A stretch of DNA of 64,000 bases from an uncultured Spirochaetales bacterium (GTDB taxonomy: Bacteria > Spirochaetota > Spirochaetia > DSM-27196 > DATKUC01): assembly GCA_964553615.1 (NCBI GenBank), contig CAZKMA010000008.1:27667-91666 (forward strand), in the 5' to 3' direction. This document shows positions 9,840 to 19,093 of this stretch, piece after piece (positions within the stretch are counted from its first letter, which is position 1; the number at the start of each line of letters is the position of its first letter). The position numbers and the translations under genes were made by a program. The notes beneath the pieces are model-generated. The model did not search any database and was not told where the DNA came from. It worked only from the letters and a program-made list of their open reading frames with translations.

Positions 9840-11465
9840 ATGCATAACTACACCACCATTACGCTTTCGGGGAAATTTCGTGAAACAGGCCCTCTGGCGA
9901 AAAGCCCGATGCTGGCCACCGCCGGACCGCAGTTTCGTCTCGATCGGTTTCTGGCAACCGTTCAGTCTATCGGATCTTCCAGAAAGATCGATCGAGTGCT
10001 GATTTCAGCAAAATCGGACTTTCACGTAACGCTCTTCGCCGGACTGGAGGCAATCCGAAAGGCGATGCTGGAGCTCCGGGCTCACGGCAAGAAAACCATG
10101 TTCTTTGCACAGAGTTACGGAACAAAGGAGCTCTATCTTGCAACGGCCGCGGACGAACGGTACGTGCATCCGCTGGGATCCGTTCGGTTTCCGGGGCTCA
10201 GTTTTTCGTCACTCTACCTTGGGAAGGCCGTCCGGGAACTGGATATCGAGGGGTATGTGGCGCGCAGAGGGAGCTTCAAGACTGCTCCAGAGCGTTTCAT
10301 GCGTACCGACATGTCTGCAGCCGACCGGGAACAGTACGGTCGGTACATCGATGTGGTCATGAAGACCCTCACAGAGGATATCGTCTCTACCGGTATAATG
10401 ACGCGGGAGGACATCGACGAACTGCTTTCCGGAAGGATCATATCGCCAAACGAGGCAATTGAGCGAGGCTGGCTTACCGGCAGTCTCACCGCGGAAGGAT
10501 ACCGACAGAATCTCAAGGAAAAGAAGCAGAAGTCGCGTGAAGTGAAATCGCGACCTCGCTCGACGCGAGGACGCCGCGTTGCCGTCCTGGTGTTCGAGGG
10601 AGCCGTTGGAGATGGTCGTTCGCGCTACAGTCCGTTGACGGGACAATCCATCGGTCCCGACTCGTATGTCCCCGTAATTCGCAAACTGAAAGACTCTCGA
10701 TTCATCGAAGGAGTCGTGTTCCGGGTGAACTCCGGCGGAGGTTCAGCTACCGGAAGCGACGACATTCTCGAAGAACTTGGACGCCTGGCCGAAAAGAAGC
10801 CTCTGGTAACATCTTTCGCCGAGGTGGCGGCATCCGGTGGATACTGGATGGCGTGTCGGAGCGAACGCATCTTCGCCGAACGAACGACCCTGACCGGCTC
10901 TATTGGAGCGTTCATGCTTTCCATTCATGCAGAAAAATTATTCAAGCGTTTCGGCATCTTCTCCTCCGGGATTCGCACCGGCGCGAGCGCGGATGCCGGA
11001 TCTGTCTTTCGGGCACTCACCGCGTTCGAACGACAGCAGATTGAGCTCGAAATAGAACGTGTCTATCAGGCCTTCCTCGAGAAGGTTGCAACGGCGCGCG
11101 GGAAGGATATTGCACAGATAGACGCAATCGGGCGAGGCCGTGTCTGGTCTGGACAGGATGCAGTGGAAATCGGGCTGGTGGACGAGCTGGGGGGTATTCC
11201 TGAAGCTGCCGAATATCTCCGCCGGAAGACAAACAAGCTCAAAGCCGGGATCGAATTTCATCCACGAATGAAGTACTCGATGGTTGAACGGATAGTGTAC
11301 GGAAATATCGGCAGAGGTAGCACATCCGTTGTCGGCATTGCCGATCCCATAGAAATTGCCCGCTCCATTTCGCGGGAGGTTGAGGCCATGAACGGGAAAG
11401 CGATGCTCCTGATGCCGGACAGCCTGCTGCCGGACCTCCCCGGCCACGGCACTACTCCACTCTGA
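9840..11465 (+). CDS. sppA: Signal peptide peptidase SppA, 67K type (two S49 domains)
   Basis: Two tandem S49/ClpP-like domains (GGSATGSDDI..., AASGGYWMA). I chose the ATG at 9840 after a GGAAGGAG RBS; the ORF-track start at 9705 overlaps rlmI. Confidence 0.75.
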   Translation: MHNYTTITLSGKFRETGPLAKSPMLATAGPQFRLDRFLATVQSIGSSRKIDRVLISAKSDFHVTLFAGLEAIRKAMLELRAHGKKTMFFAQSYGTKELYLATAADERYVHPLGSVRFPGLSFSSLYLGKAVRELDIEGYVARRGSFKTAPERFMRTDMSAADREQYGRYIDVVMKTLTEDIVSTGIMTREDIDELLSGRIISPNEAIERGWLTGSLTAEGYRQNLKEKKQKSREVKSRPRSTRGRRVAVLVFEGAVGDGRSRYSPLTGQSIGPDSYVPVIRKLKDSRFIEGVVFRVNSGGGSATGSDDILEELGRLAEKKPLVTSFAEVAASGGYWMACRSERIFAERTTLTGSIGAFMLSIHAEKLFKRFGIFSSGIRTGASADAGSVFRALTAFERQQIELEIERVYQAFLEKVATARGKDIAQIDAIGRGRVWSGQDAVEIGLVDELGGIPEAAEYLRRKTNKLKAGIEFHPRMKYSMVERIVYGNIGRGSTSVVGIADPIEIARSISREVEAMNGKAMLLMPDSLLPDLPGHGTTPL

Positions 11466-11763
11466 CCGTGTTCAGGTCGTCGCCGGGGACTGACGACTCC
11501 ACATAAAACTCCATACCGAACAGGTCATACTGCGTGAGGTATTCGTAGTCCGTGCTCGGCGCCTCGCCGAGACGGGCGCGATAATCCTGGAGCAGACGAT
11601 ATTGGAGAGGGGTCAATATTACCCGCGTGGGTGCAATGCCGCGAGCACTCAATTCCTGCTTCTGACTGAACGCAGAAACAATGAGCTCTTCCGCCCGCGG
11701 CGCCACCGGCGTCGAGTCGTCATTCATACCGGCCAGTATAGCGCATGTTGCGCGTACACTCAC
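11452..11763 (-). CDS. Small hypothetical protein (91-103 aa)
   Basis: Intact ORF convergent with sppA and divergent from the Nudix gene. No motif recognised. The start may be the internal MNDDST at 11727. Confidence 0.35.
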   Translation of the reverse strand: MSVRATCAILAGMNDDSTPVAPRAEELIVSAFSQKQELSARGIAPTRVILTPLQYRLLQDYRARLGEAPSTDYEYLTQYDLFGMEFYVESSVPGDDLNTVRVE

Positions 11764-11820
11764 CCGTTCACTGGTAAACGGATGCCAAATCTGCTACCGT
11801 CCTGTCCAGAGGAGTTGACG

Positions 11821-12393
11821 ATGCAGTGGCGAATAGACAGCTTTGACTGGACCAATCATGAGCCGGTGGATCTGGCGGTGCTCTGCTTCATCCGAACCGA
11901 CGGCGCCCTCCTGCTCATCCACAAGCAGCGCGGCCTCGGCAAGGGAAAGATCAACGGACCAGGCGGACGGGTCGAGCCAGGGGAGACATCCATGGAGGCC
12001 GCGGTGCGCGAAACGCAGGAGGAGGTGGGCCTTACGCCGTCAGAACTTCATCATGCAGGGGAACTTTCATTCGTCTTTACCGATGGGTACTCACTGCAAT
12101 GCAGCGTCATTACGGCCGGCAAGTTCCATGGCCGACCGCAGCAAACTGAAGAGGCAATCCCGTTCTGGTGCGCCGAACAGGAGATACCCTTTGAAAAGAT
12201 GTGGGAGGACGATCGTCTGTGGATGCCGCTCATGCTTGCCGGCACGCCCTTTCGTGGTTTTTTCATTTTTGATGAAGACCGGATGGTGGATCACAGACTA
12301 TACACCGGAACTGAGGCAGAATTAACGCCGAATGATCTGCGGGGAAGATCGACTATTCGATCAGGTTCTGATCTGCCGCACGAGCAAGAATGA
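11821..12393 (+). CDS. Nudix hydrolase (MutT/8-oxo-dGTPase-like)
   Basis: Nudix box GPGGRVEPGETSMEAAVRETQEEVGL. The ATG at 11821 is preceded by a GAGGAG RBS; the longer ORF-track N-terminus looks non-coding. Confidence 0.8.
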   Translation: MQWRIDSFDWTNHEPVDLAVLCFIRTDGALLLIHKQRGLGKGKINGPGGRVEPGETSMEAAVRETQEEVGLTPSELHHAGELSFVFTDGYSLQCSVITAGKFHGRPQQTEEAIPFWCAEQEIPFEKMWEDDRLWMPLMLAGTPFRGFFIFDEDRMVDHRLYTGTEAELTPNDLRGRSTIRSGSDLPHEQE

Positions 12394-12895
12394 AAAGATA
12401 ATCTGAAAGCCGGTTGAGATAGTTCTGACATAGAACGATGTGATCCATGTGCCGGTCCCGGATGCATGCAACAACGGTCCGTTCCGCTCTGCGCACGACC
12501 GTCCGGGCGTGATCAAGATGGGCCCCGAGCACAGTGTCGCCGGGCGTTACAAATGCCGGGCCAATTTCAACACGCTCCATGAGTTGTTTCTGTGTTGCTT
12601 CCAGCCAATCGATATCTGCAGGGACTACCTGCTTGATTTCAGCGTATAGCCGGTCGTTCCGCGGCGTGGCAAGCTCCGCGCCAACCTTGAACAGGACCTG
12701 CTGACACGCGAACAGATGTTCCTTTGCCGCTTTTGCAGAACACGTCGCACGGGCAACTCCAATGCATACATTGGCCTCGTCAACGTCTCCCATGGCGTGG
12801 AAGAGAATATCGTCCTTCCGGCGCCGCTCACCGTTGAAGAGGCTGGTTTCCCCTCTGTCGCCGCCACGTGTGGTCACCCGATCGAACTCGATCAT
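12353..12895 (-). CDS. ATP:cob(I)alamin adenosyltransferase, PduO/MMAB type
   Basis: 180 aa with the N-terminal signature [21 protein letters not shown] and a helical-bundle remainder. It has a 4-nt overlap with the upstream sigma factor gene. Confidence 0.75.
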   Translation of the reverse strand: MIEFDRVTTRGGDRGETSLFNGERRRKDDILFHAMGDVDEANVCIGVARATCSAKAAKEHLFACQQVLFKVGAELATPRNDRLYAEIKQVVPADIDWLEATQKQLMERVEIGPAFVTPGDTVLGAHLDHARTVVRRAERTVVACIRDRHMDHIVLCQNYLNRLSDYLFILARAADQNLIE

Positions 12896-13902
12896 GACCT
12901 GTCCAGAAAGCCTTCGATCTCGCCGGACTGACGCAACTTCTTCATCGCCTTCTCCTGAATCTGACGAACGCGTTCCCGGGTAATACCAAGAAATCTGCCC
13001 GTCTCCTCCAGGGTGAACGGTCCCTCTCCGGCCAGGCCGAAACGGAGCTGAATGATGCGCATTTCCCTTTCCGTCAGCTGCTTCAGTACCTCCTGGAGAG
13101 TCTCCTGAAGCGCCAGGTGAAACGCCGTATCGAACGCGGTCCGCTGCCGAACGTCTTCAATGAGCTCGGCGAGACTTATCGGATTGTCACGGTCCACCGT
13201 GCTGTCGAGGGAACTTGTATCCTGGGTGAGCTGCATCATGTGCTCAACTTTGCTCGGAGGCAAATCAAGATATTCGGCAACCTCCGCGGAACTGGGATCC
13301 CGACCAAGTTCCTGAGTCAGATGCTTGGCAACGAAGTAGCACTTCCTGATTGTATTCAGCATATGAACGGGGATGCGAATGACCCGCCCCTTATCCGCTA
13401 TCGCCTTGATTACGCCCTGTCGAATCCACCACGTGGCGTAGGTCGAGAATCGGCAGCCGCGCGTATGGTCGAACCGCTCGACGGCCTCGATAAGACCTAT
13501 ATTCCCCTCATCGATCAGATCGAGAAGTGATAGACCGCGATTAATGTACTTTTTTGCTACGGACACCACGAGACGAAGATTCGCATTGATCATCAGGTTT
13601 TTTTGATCACGCAATCCACTCCGCGCCAGGGATAGACGGGCTTCCCGGTCAGACAATCCGGAGGACGATGCTTCGTCCGGCTCGGATTCGATCAGCGAAA
13701 TTTGCCGGCGCAGTCCGGCCATTCTGGCGCCTATCTCGCGTTCCTGCGACATCGACAGAAGAGGATACACTGCAATCTGTTTCAGATACAGACTCAGAGG
13801 CTCGGGATCGGCAACATCGTCGAAGCCGTTCATGAAGTCCCTGTTATCAGGCTCTCTGAGTTTTGCCTTCGTGTTCGACTCTCTGTTTTCCATCACCCAC
13901 AT
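12892..13902 (-). CDS. Sigma-70 family sigma factor, group 1/2 (RpoS-like by synteny with nlpD)
   Basis: Regions 1.2, 2, 3 and 4 are recognisable ([41 protein letters not shown]...[19 protein letters not shown]). The start is uncertain (ATG 13902 or 13893; TTG 13926 sits at the predicted TSS). Confidence 0.8.
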   Translation of the reverse strand: MWVMENRESNTKAKLREPDNRDFMNGFDDVADPEPLSLYLKQIAVYPLLSMSQEREIGARMAGLRRQISLIESEPDEASSSGLSDREARLSLARSGLRDQKNLMINANLRLVVSVAKKYINRGLSLLDLIDEGNIGLIEAVERFDHTRGCRFSTYATWWIRQGVIKAIADKGRVIRIPVHMLNTIRKCYFVAKHLTQELGRDPSSAEVAEYLDLPPSKVEHMMQLTQDTSSLDSTVDRDNPISLAELIEDVRQRTAFDTAFHLALQETLQEVLKQLTEREMRIIQLRFGLAGEGPFTLEETGRFLGITRERVRQIQEKAMKKLRQSGEIEGFLDRS

Positions 13903-13931
13903 CTTATTCTGACAGGTTTGGTACAATAGAG

Positions 13932-13960
13932 ATAATATCCGAGTTCCGGAGTGACGTCAA
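13932..13960 (-). promoter_or_regulatory. Sigma-70-type promoter between the nlpD-like gene and the sigma factor gene
   Basis: On the minus strand: TTGACG (13960-13955), a 17-nt spacer, then TATTAT (13937-13932). Confidence 0.5.
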
Positions 13961-14024
13961 CGAGAGAGCTGGAAACTCCGCATGCACCTGGACAGCTTGA
14001 AATTGAGATGGGGACAATGGACAT

Positions 14025-14963
14025 TTAGTCCCGAGGCGCCTTTCCGGGGTCCACGAACCGATTGTTTTTCCAGACGCTGAAATAGAGCTGTGCTCCCGTA
14101 GAAAACGGCATCCTTCCCAACCGTCCAACCGTTGCACCCGCTGCCACCTTGTCTCCCGGAGAAACGGTAATCCGATCATTTCCTCCGTAGATATACACAT
14201 ATCCGGACGAAGACTGGATGAATACGACGCGACCGAATGTTGTGTATGGGCCGGTATAGATTACACGACCTGAAGCCACCGCCGTGACCGCGTCGCCCGG
14301 CTTACCGTGTATCAGTATGCCCGGGAATTTGCCGGAAAGAACGTAGCGAGGTCCTGCGTGGGGCCACAATTCGCTGCTGTTCCCGTCGCTCACTATCGGC
14401 TTTGCGGAAACGGGAAGCTTGATTCCTCCGTCGGTGTCTTTGCTTACAGGCACAGAAGGAATCGATGGGACCGACGCTGTTTCGCCGCGCTCGCCGCCTT
14501 CGGACTCATGAGACCCGGTTTTCCCGGTAAGACCCGACACCTGCACGAATCTCGCACTCTTTTCGGATGGACTGCCATTTCCACCGCTTGTCCCACCACC
14601 GGGAATCTTTATCACCTCTCCAACGCGCAGGAGATGATCTGCGCCGAATGAGTTTTCCTTGAGCAGTTTATCGAGAGAGATTCCGTGTTCCCGTGCAATG
14701 CCGTACAGCGTATCGCCTGACTTTACCGTGTACCGGGTAGCCGACGAAGGAATCTTCAGTACTGTCCCAACCCTGAGAAAACGTGGATTGTCTATTTTGT
14801 TCAGATGCAGCAGGGAGTCCGGGCTCACGTCGAACTCTCTTGCAATGGAATAGATGGTTTCGTTTTGCGCAACCACGTGAGTCGACGCCTGTCCGAAGGC
14901 AGAGGCAGACAGCGCACACGCGCCGGTGATGACGATGATAGGCAGAATTAATCGTACTCGCAT
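14025..14963 (-). CDS. nlpD: LysM-domain M23 peptidase (NlpD-like)
   Basis: Signal peptide, then two LysM repeats (HVVAQNETIYSIAREF..., YTVKSGDTLYGIAREH...), a low-complexity linker and a C-terminal M23/LytM domain. Confidence 0.8.
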   Translation of the reverse strand: MRVRLILPIIVITGACALSASAFGQASTHVVAQNETIYSIAREFDVSPDSLLHLNKIDNPRFLRVGTVLKIPSSATRYTVKSGDTLYGIAREHGISLDKLLKENSFGADHLLRVGEVIKIPGGGTSGGNGSPSEKSARFVQVSGLTGKTGSHESEGGERGETASVPSIPSVPVSKDTDGGIKLPVSAKPIVSDGNSSELWPHAGPRYVLSGKFPGILIHGKPGDAVTAVASGRVIYTGPYTTFGRVVFIQSSSGYVYIYGGNDRITVSPGDKVAAGATVGRLGRMPFSTGAQLYFSVWKNNRFVDPGKAPRD

Positions 14964-15228
14964 GGTCGGTTTCTCTGACTACATCTTCGGCAGACCCGCC
15001 CGGAAAGTTGACCCCGCGAACGCGAGTGCGAGGGCGACGGCAGCGGACTTCGACGACGGGCGTCGGCAACGGGCCCAACGTACACGCTCCGTACTACCGA
15101 GCCAGATACTCATGCATCCCTGCCAGGCGCGTCACCGGCTGGGGGACGCGCCGCACCACTCAGTGCGGCTGCCAAACGGTCCAGCGTGATTCGACAAAGG
15201 ATCCCCTTAAGACCTGCACCCATGGACC

Positions 15229-15259
15229 AAAAAAAAGGCCGCATCTTTGAGAAGCGGCC
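15229..15259 (-). terminator. Rho-independent terminator after tRNA-Pro
   Basis: On the minus strand: GGCCGC-ttctcaaagat-GCGGCC followed by T8. Confidence 0.65.
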
Positions 15260-15335
15260 ACACTTTTCCATCGGGCTGGGCGGAGGAAGCGAAGCGCCCC
15301 CGCGAAACAAATTGGTTGATTCTTATCGACAGAGA

Positions 15336-15408
15336 TCGGGCTGGGCGGATTCGAACCGCCGGCCTCTTGGTCCCGAACCAAGCGCGCTAGCCACTGCGCT
15401 ACAGCCCG
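15336..15408 (-). tRNA. tRNA-Pro (CGG)
   Basis: I folded a 73-nt cloverleaf by hand. The acceptor is CGGGCTG/CAGCCCG, the anticodon loop is TTCGGGA and the T-loop is GGTTCGAATCC. CCA is not encoded. Confidence 0.85.
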
Positions 15409-15438
15409 AAAAAAAAGCCCCGCGTTTATTCGCGGGGC
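15409..15438 (-). terminator. Intrinsic-terminator-like hairpin between tRNA-Asp and tRNA-Pro
   Basis: On the minus strand: GCCCCGCG-aataaa-CGCGGGGC followed by T8. The T tract abuts position +1 of tRNA-Pro. Confidence 0.6.
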
Positions 15439-15450
15439 TGGCTCGCGAGA

Positions 15451-15524
15451 CGGGAGCGACGGGGCTTGAACCCGCGATCTCCGGCTTGACAGGCCGGCGC
15501 GATAACCAGCTTCGCCACGCCCCC
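15451..15524 (-). tRNA. tRNA-Asp (GTC)
   Basis: 74-nt cloverleaf. The acceptor is GGGGGCG/CGCTCCC (one G-U pair), the anticodon stem is CCGGC/GCCGG with loop CTGTCAA, and the T-loop is GGTTCAAGCCC. Confidence 0.85.
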
Positions 15525-15537
15525 GTTACGGAGATGA

Positions 15538-15566
15538 ACTATAGCCAAAAAGGTTTTTGATGTCAA
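15538..15566 (-). promoter_or_regulatory. Sigma-70-type promoter of the tRNA-Asp unit
   Basis: On the minus strand: TTGACA (15566-15561), a 17-nt spacer, then TATAGT (15543-15538). The predicted TSS is a few nt before the tRNA 5' end. Confidence 0.6.
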
Positions 15567-15620
15567 CCCTTCTGAAATCCTCATTGGAATCCGGCGTTGA
15601 CCCCATTTTCGGCCCCCGGA

Positions 15621-15783
15621 CTACCAATTTACATTGTGGCAGAAGCACCAGCCCGGTTGAAACGGAGGAGCTTCTCCTCAGCCGATATGCAATTCCATTG
15701 GTCGCGGCAACGTCCTATGAAACGGGCACAGACGCGCGATAGCATGCCAGTTGACGTTGCCGTGTCAAAATGAGAATTGCTGG
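15621..15783. mobile_element. MITE-like structured repeat, copy 1 (163 bp)
   Basis: About 80% identical by eye to 44178-44330 in the same orientation. The right terminal repeat AATGAGAATTGCTGG is identical; the left one matches 11/15. It is flanked by a perfect 7-bp direct repeat, CCCCGGA (15614-15620 and 15784-15790). Confidence 0.6.
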
Positions 15784-15799
15784 CCCCGGACCGCTTTCA

Positions 15800-15827
15800 T
15801 TGACATCCGCGGCGCTTTCCTGATACT
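15800..15827 (+). promoter_or_regulatory. Sigma-70-type promoter upstream of the PpiD-like gene
   Basis: TTGACA (15800-15805), a 16-nt spacer, then GATACT (15822-15827). Confidence 0.45.
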
Positions 15828-15865
15828 GTGAGCAATACTCTGCACTCGCAGCCAAAGGGATACGT

Positions 15866-17401
15866 ATGGCCTCAAATCAACGCAAATCCAACGAGCCGAA
15901 GAACACAGCTCCGAAGAAGAAAGACAAAGGCGGGCGGCGCACTACCGCCATCTGGATTTTCAGTTTCATCATACTCGTTGTAATCGTGGTAACCTTCATT
16001 GGTGCTCCGGCAATTTCCGGAACCGCCGGCGGAAACAAGATGGTCTTCGGTTCCTACGCCGGTCACGAAATTGTCTATTCACCAGGCAACTATCTCGACC
16101 ATCAGAAGAATCTCATTGCGCAGAGACTTCGGGACAGCGGTCAGGATACCAATTCCCAATCCGCACTGTATCAGGTGTGGCGAAGTGCGTTTATAAACAC
16201 CGCGTTCCACGAAGCCGTAATGATCCAGGCTCAAAAGAGCGGACTTGTCGTTTCTGAAAGTGCTATCGATCAGCAAATTGCACAGGATCCGCAATTTCTC
16301 GATCAGAACGGCCAGTTCAGCATACAGAAATACAACCAGTCGACAACCGCGGACAAGTACCGGCTCCGCGGGTATTTGCGGCAGGAGTTGGTCCAGCAGG
16401 AATACATAAATGACGAGCTGAACGGCCTTCATTTCAGCGCTGCGGCGGAGAAATTTGTCGCGGATATGAGTTCACCTGAGCGGCGATTCAATCTCGTCTC
16501 CTATTCCTACGCAGACTTTCCGGAGTCAAAAGTCATCGAATACGGAAAGGCGAACGACCAGAAGTTCGAACGCATCAATCTATCGGTCATAACGCTCCAC
16601 TCGAACGAATCTGAAGCGAAGGCGATTCATGAACAGCTGGTGAACAAGACTGCAAGTTTCGCAGACCTTGCGCGCGCCCACTCCGCAGACATGTACGCCA
16701 ACAAGGGCGGTGACATGGGATGGACGCACTACTACGAGCTGGCAACGGATTTTTCCGATCCGACTGTACTGAATAAGGTATTCGCCCTGAAAGCCGGTGA
16801 AATCAGCGGCGTTCTGAAAACCACTTACGGTTGGGTAATCTACCAGGTGAACGATCCCGCGCAGAAGCCCGATTTCTCGAACAAGGACACCCTGAAGACG
16901 ATTCGTGACTACATGAACTCGTTTCAACGTGGGATTATCGAAGACTACCTTGTTGCACAGGAAAAGGACATAAAGAAGAACGCCGAGAAGAGCGACCTTG
17001 CCGGAGCCGCACAGGCGGCGGGTAAATCAATATCGCTTACGGACTTCTTCCCGGTAAACTACGGCAACGAACCACTGTTCCCGAGCGTAAAGGCTGTCGA
17101 GCCGAAACTTCCCGTGGCCTCCGGGGCATCCCGAGAAGACTTTTTCCGAAAACTGTTCGAGCTCAAAGGGACACAAATATCGGATCCGATCGTGCTCGGG
17201 GATCATGTCATGATCTTCCAGATGGCGGACGAACGAACTGCACCGGCAGATGCCGTCAAGAAGGTCGAAACAAACTTCCCACTTGCAGCGCAAAAATTCC
17301 AGTCCCAGGACGTTCAGAGCGCCATCTTTGATACCAATCTTCTGGTCGACAATTTTAACCAGATCTTTTCGAAGTACCTGTACACGCCGCAGAAGCAGTA
17401 G
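15866..17401 (+). CDS. Periplasmic chaperone / peptidyl-prolyl isomerase, PpiD/SurA-like
   Basis: 511 aa with an N-terminal membrane anchor (AIWIFSFIILVVIVVTFIGAPAI), a SurA_N-like region and a parvulin-type domain (ADMYANKGGDMGW...GWVIYQV). Confidence 0.65.
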   Translation: MASNQRKSNEPKNTAPKKKDKGGRRTTAIWIFSFIILVVIVVTFIGAPAISGTAGGNKMVFGSYAGHEIVYSPGNYLDHQKNLIAQRLRDSGQDTNSQSALYQVWRSAFINTAFHEAVMIQAQKSGLVVSESAIDQQIAQDPQFLDQNGQFSIQKYNQSTTADKYRLRGYLRQELVQQEYINDELNGLHFSAAAEKFVADMSSPERRFNLVSYSYADFPESKVIEYGKANDQKFERINLSVITLHSNESEAKAIHEQLVNKTASFADLARAHSADMYANKGGDMGWTHYYELATDFSDPTVLNKVFALKAGEISGVLKTTYGWVIYQVNDPAQKPDFSNKDTLKTIRDYMNSFQRGIIEDYLVAQEKDIKKNAEKSDLAGAAQAAGKSISLTDFFPVNYGNEPLFPSVKAVEPKLPVASGASREDFFRKLFELKGTQISDPIVLGDHVMIFQMADERTAPADAVKKVETNFPLAAQKFQSQDVQSAIFDTNLLVDNFNQIFSKYLYTPQKQ

Positions 17402-17404
17402 TGC

Positions 17405-19093
17405 ATGACTGACGACCTGCCCCGTCTGCTCAACGCAGATGGGGAAACTCAGGTACGATATCGCGGAAAGAACCTCTATTCACCCATGGGTCCGGCGACT
17501 GCAGCTGTTCGTCGGGTCCGGGCGGTATCCATAAGACCGAACACCCTCATCCTCGTTCCGTCCCCGGTCTTGTGTTACGGCATTGCGGAACTCATAGAGC
17601 GGCTGCCCGAAGAGTGCCATATCGTTTGTGTGGAAGCCGACGAGAATCTCATGGCACTCACACTGCAACATGCTACGCCTCACCTGCTCAATCATCCGGC
17701 CGTATCGTTTGTTCGCGTCGACACGGCAGAGGGACTCTCCAATTTTCTTCATGAGCAGATCCCGCTGGCAACTTTCCGGAGAGTTGTGGTTCTCCCACTG
17801 TCCGGAGGGTATTCACTGAATAGTGAAATATATCGAAACCTCGCATCCGCGGTTGAACACGACATCCGCATTCACTGGCAGAATCGCCTCACCGGAACGT
17901 ACATGGGCAGGCTTTGGGTCCGAAACACCTTCAGGAACTTGCCGCTTCTGAGTAGAACTCATGACGTATCGACACTGCACACCGAATTACCGGTAGTCGT
18001 TGCAGGTGCAGGCGAATCACTCGAGGCCGCGCTCCCATGGATCCGGCAATTTCGTTCAGGCCTCTTTCTTCTCGCTGCGGACACAGCCGCAAGTGCGCTG
18101 GTTCAGTCGGGAATAAACCCGGATTTCGTGGTCACGGTCGAAGCGCAGTGGGCAAATATCCAGGACTTCGTTGGACTGAAACGTACTCCGATTGTCCTTG
18201 CAGGAGACCTCTCCGGCCATCCGGCCCCATTTCGACTCTTCCCGAGTTCCATGCACGGGACCTTCCTTTCCGAATTTGCCCCCACGGCGCTGATCCGACG
18301 TCTGAAAGAAGCAAACATAGTTCGGACAATCGTGCCGCCCCTGGGGTCCGTCGGAGTGGTTGCGGTACACCTTGCCCAAAGAATCACTTCATCCACGATC
18401 CTCCTCGTCGGTCTCGATTTCGCCTATCGACGAGGAAAAACTCACGCCCGTGGAACCCCGATGCACACCCGCCTTCTGCGAACAGGACACCGTCTTTCAC
18501 CAAACAGCAGCTACGAACTCTCCATATCGCGGCCGTCTCTTCGCCTGGGACTACCGTCTGACGGTCCCTTTGTAACCGATCCTGTTCTCTACTCCTACGC
18601 AGAAAACCTTAAGCGTCTGATCGGTGAGAATCGGCGAATACATGTTGTCGGGAATAGCGGCGTGGATATCGGGGCGCCCCGAATACTTACGTCCGAAGAG
18701 TTTCGGAATCAGCTGGAAAAGAAATCCGGTCATGCAGAGAGAAATGATTCCGGGAAGGCGTGGGAATCCGTGCCGGCGGAAGAAGACTGGCCCGGCATCA
18801 TGGATCGTGTAAGACTGTTTCTTGACAGTGAGCTTTCACTTGTTGAGACGACCGCCGCCCGTATCATATCGTATCTCAACGGACGACACACGATACCCGG
18901 TGCGTGGGAAGCGCTCGTACCACAGCTGGAAATGGTGGACTATATCTACCTGGACTTTCCCGACGGCGCCACCGGGGCAATGAAGAGTGAATCTTTCCTC
19001 AAACGCGCGCTCGGGAGCGCGTATGGCTACATTCGAACAATCAGGCAGGCACGCGAGATGGCAGATGGAATGGGGAACGATGGCTCCGCTTAA
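17405..19093 (+). CDS. DUF115 / MptE-like (motility-accessory-factor-like) protein
   Basis: 562 aa. The central block VVVAGAGESLEAAL...LLAADTAASALVQSGINPDFVVTVEAQ is typical of the DUF115/Maf family as I recall it. Confidence 0.5.
   Translation: MTDDLPRLLNADGETQVRYRGKNLYSPMGPATAAVRRVRAVSIRPNTLILVPSPVLCYGIAELIERLPEECHIVCVEADENLMALTLQHATPHLLNHPAVSFVRVDTAEGLSNFLHEQIPLATFRRVVVLPLSGGYSLNSEIYRNLASAVEHDIRIHWQNRLTGTYMGRLWVRNTFRNLPLLSRTHDVSTLHTELPVVVAGAGESLEAALPWIRQFRSGLFLLAADTAASALVQSGINPDFVVTVEAQWANIQDFVGLKRTPIVLAGDLSGHPAPFRLFPSSMHGTFLSEFAPTALIRRLKEANIVRTIVPPLGSVGVVAVHLAQRITSSTILLVGLDFAYRRGKTHARGTPMHTRLLRTGHRLSPNSSYELSISRPSLRLGLPSDGPFVTDPVLYSYAENLKRLIGENRRIHVVGNSGVDIGAPRILTSEEFRNQLEKKSGHAERNDSGKAWESVPAEEDWPGIMDRVRLFLDSELSLVETTAARIISYLNGRHTIPGAWEALVPQLEMVDYIYLDFPDGATGAMKSESFLKRALGSAYGYIRTIRQAREMADGMGNDGSA

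Noticed and set aside
12353-12393. A 41-nt convergent overlap of the Nudix gene 3' end with the adenosyltransferase gene 3' end.
   Set aside because: The Nudix C-terminal tail is probably just poorly conserved read-through to the first stop. Nothing suggests antisense regulation from sequence alone.
13927-14024. A search for a sigma-54 (-24/-12) promoter upstream of the rpoS-like gene, as in Borrelia.
   Set aside because: No GG-N10-GC element with flanking consensus is present. A good sigma-70 promoter is found instead.
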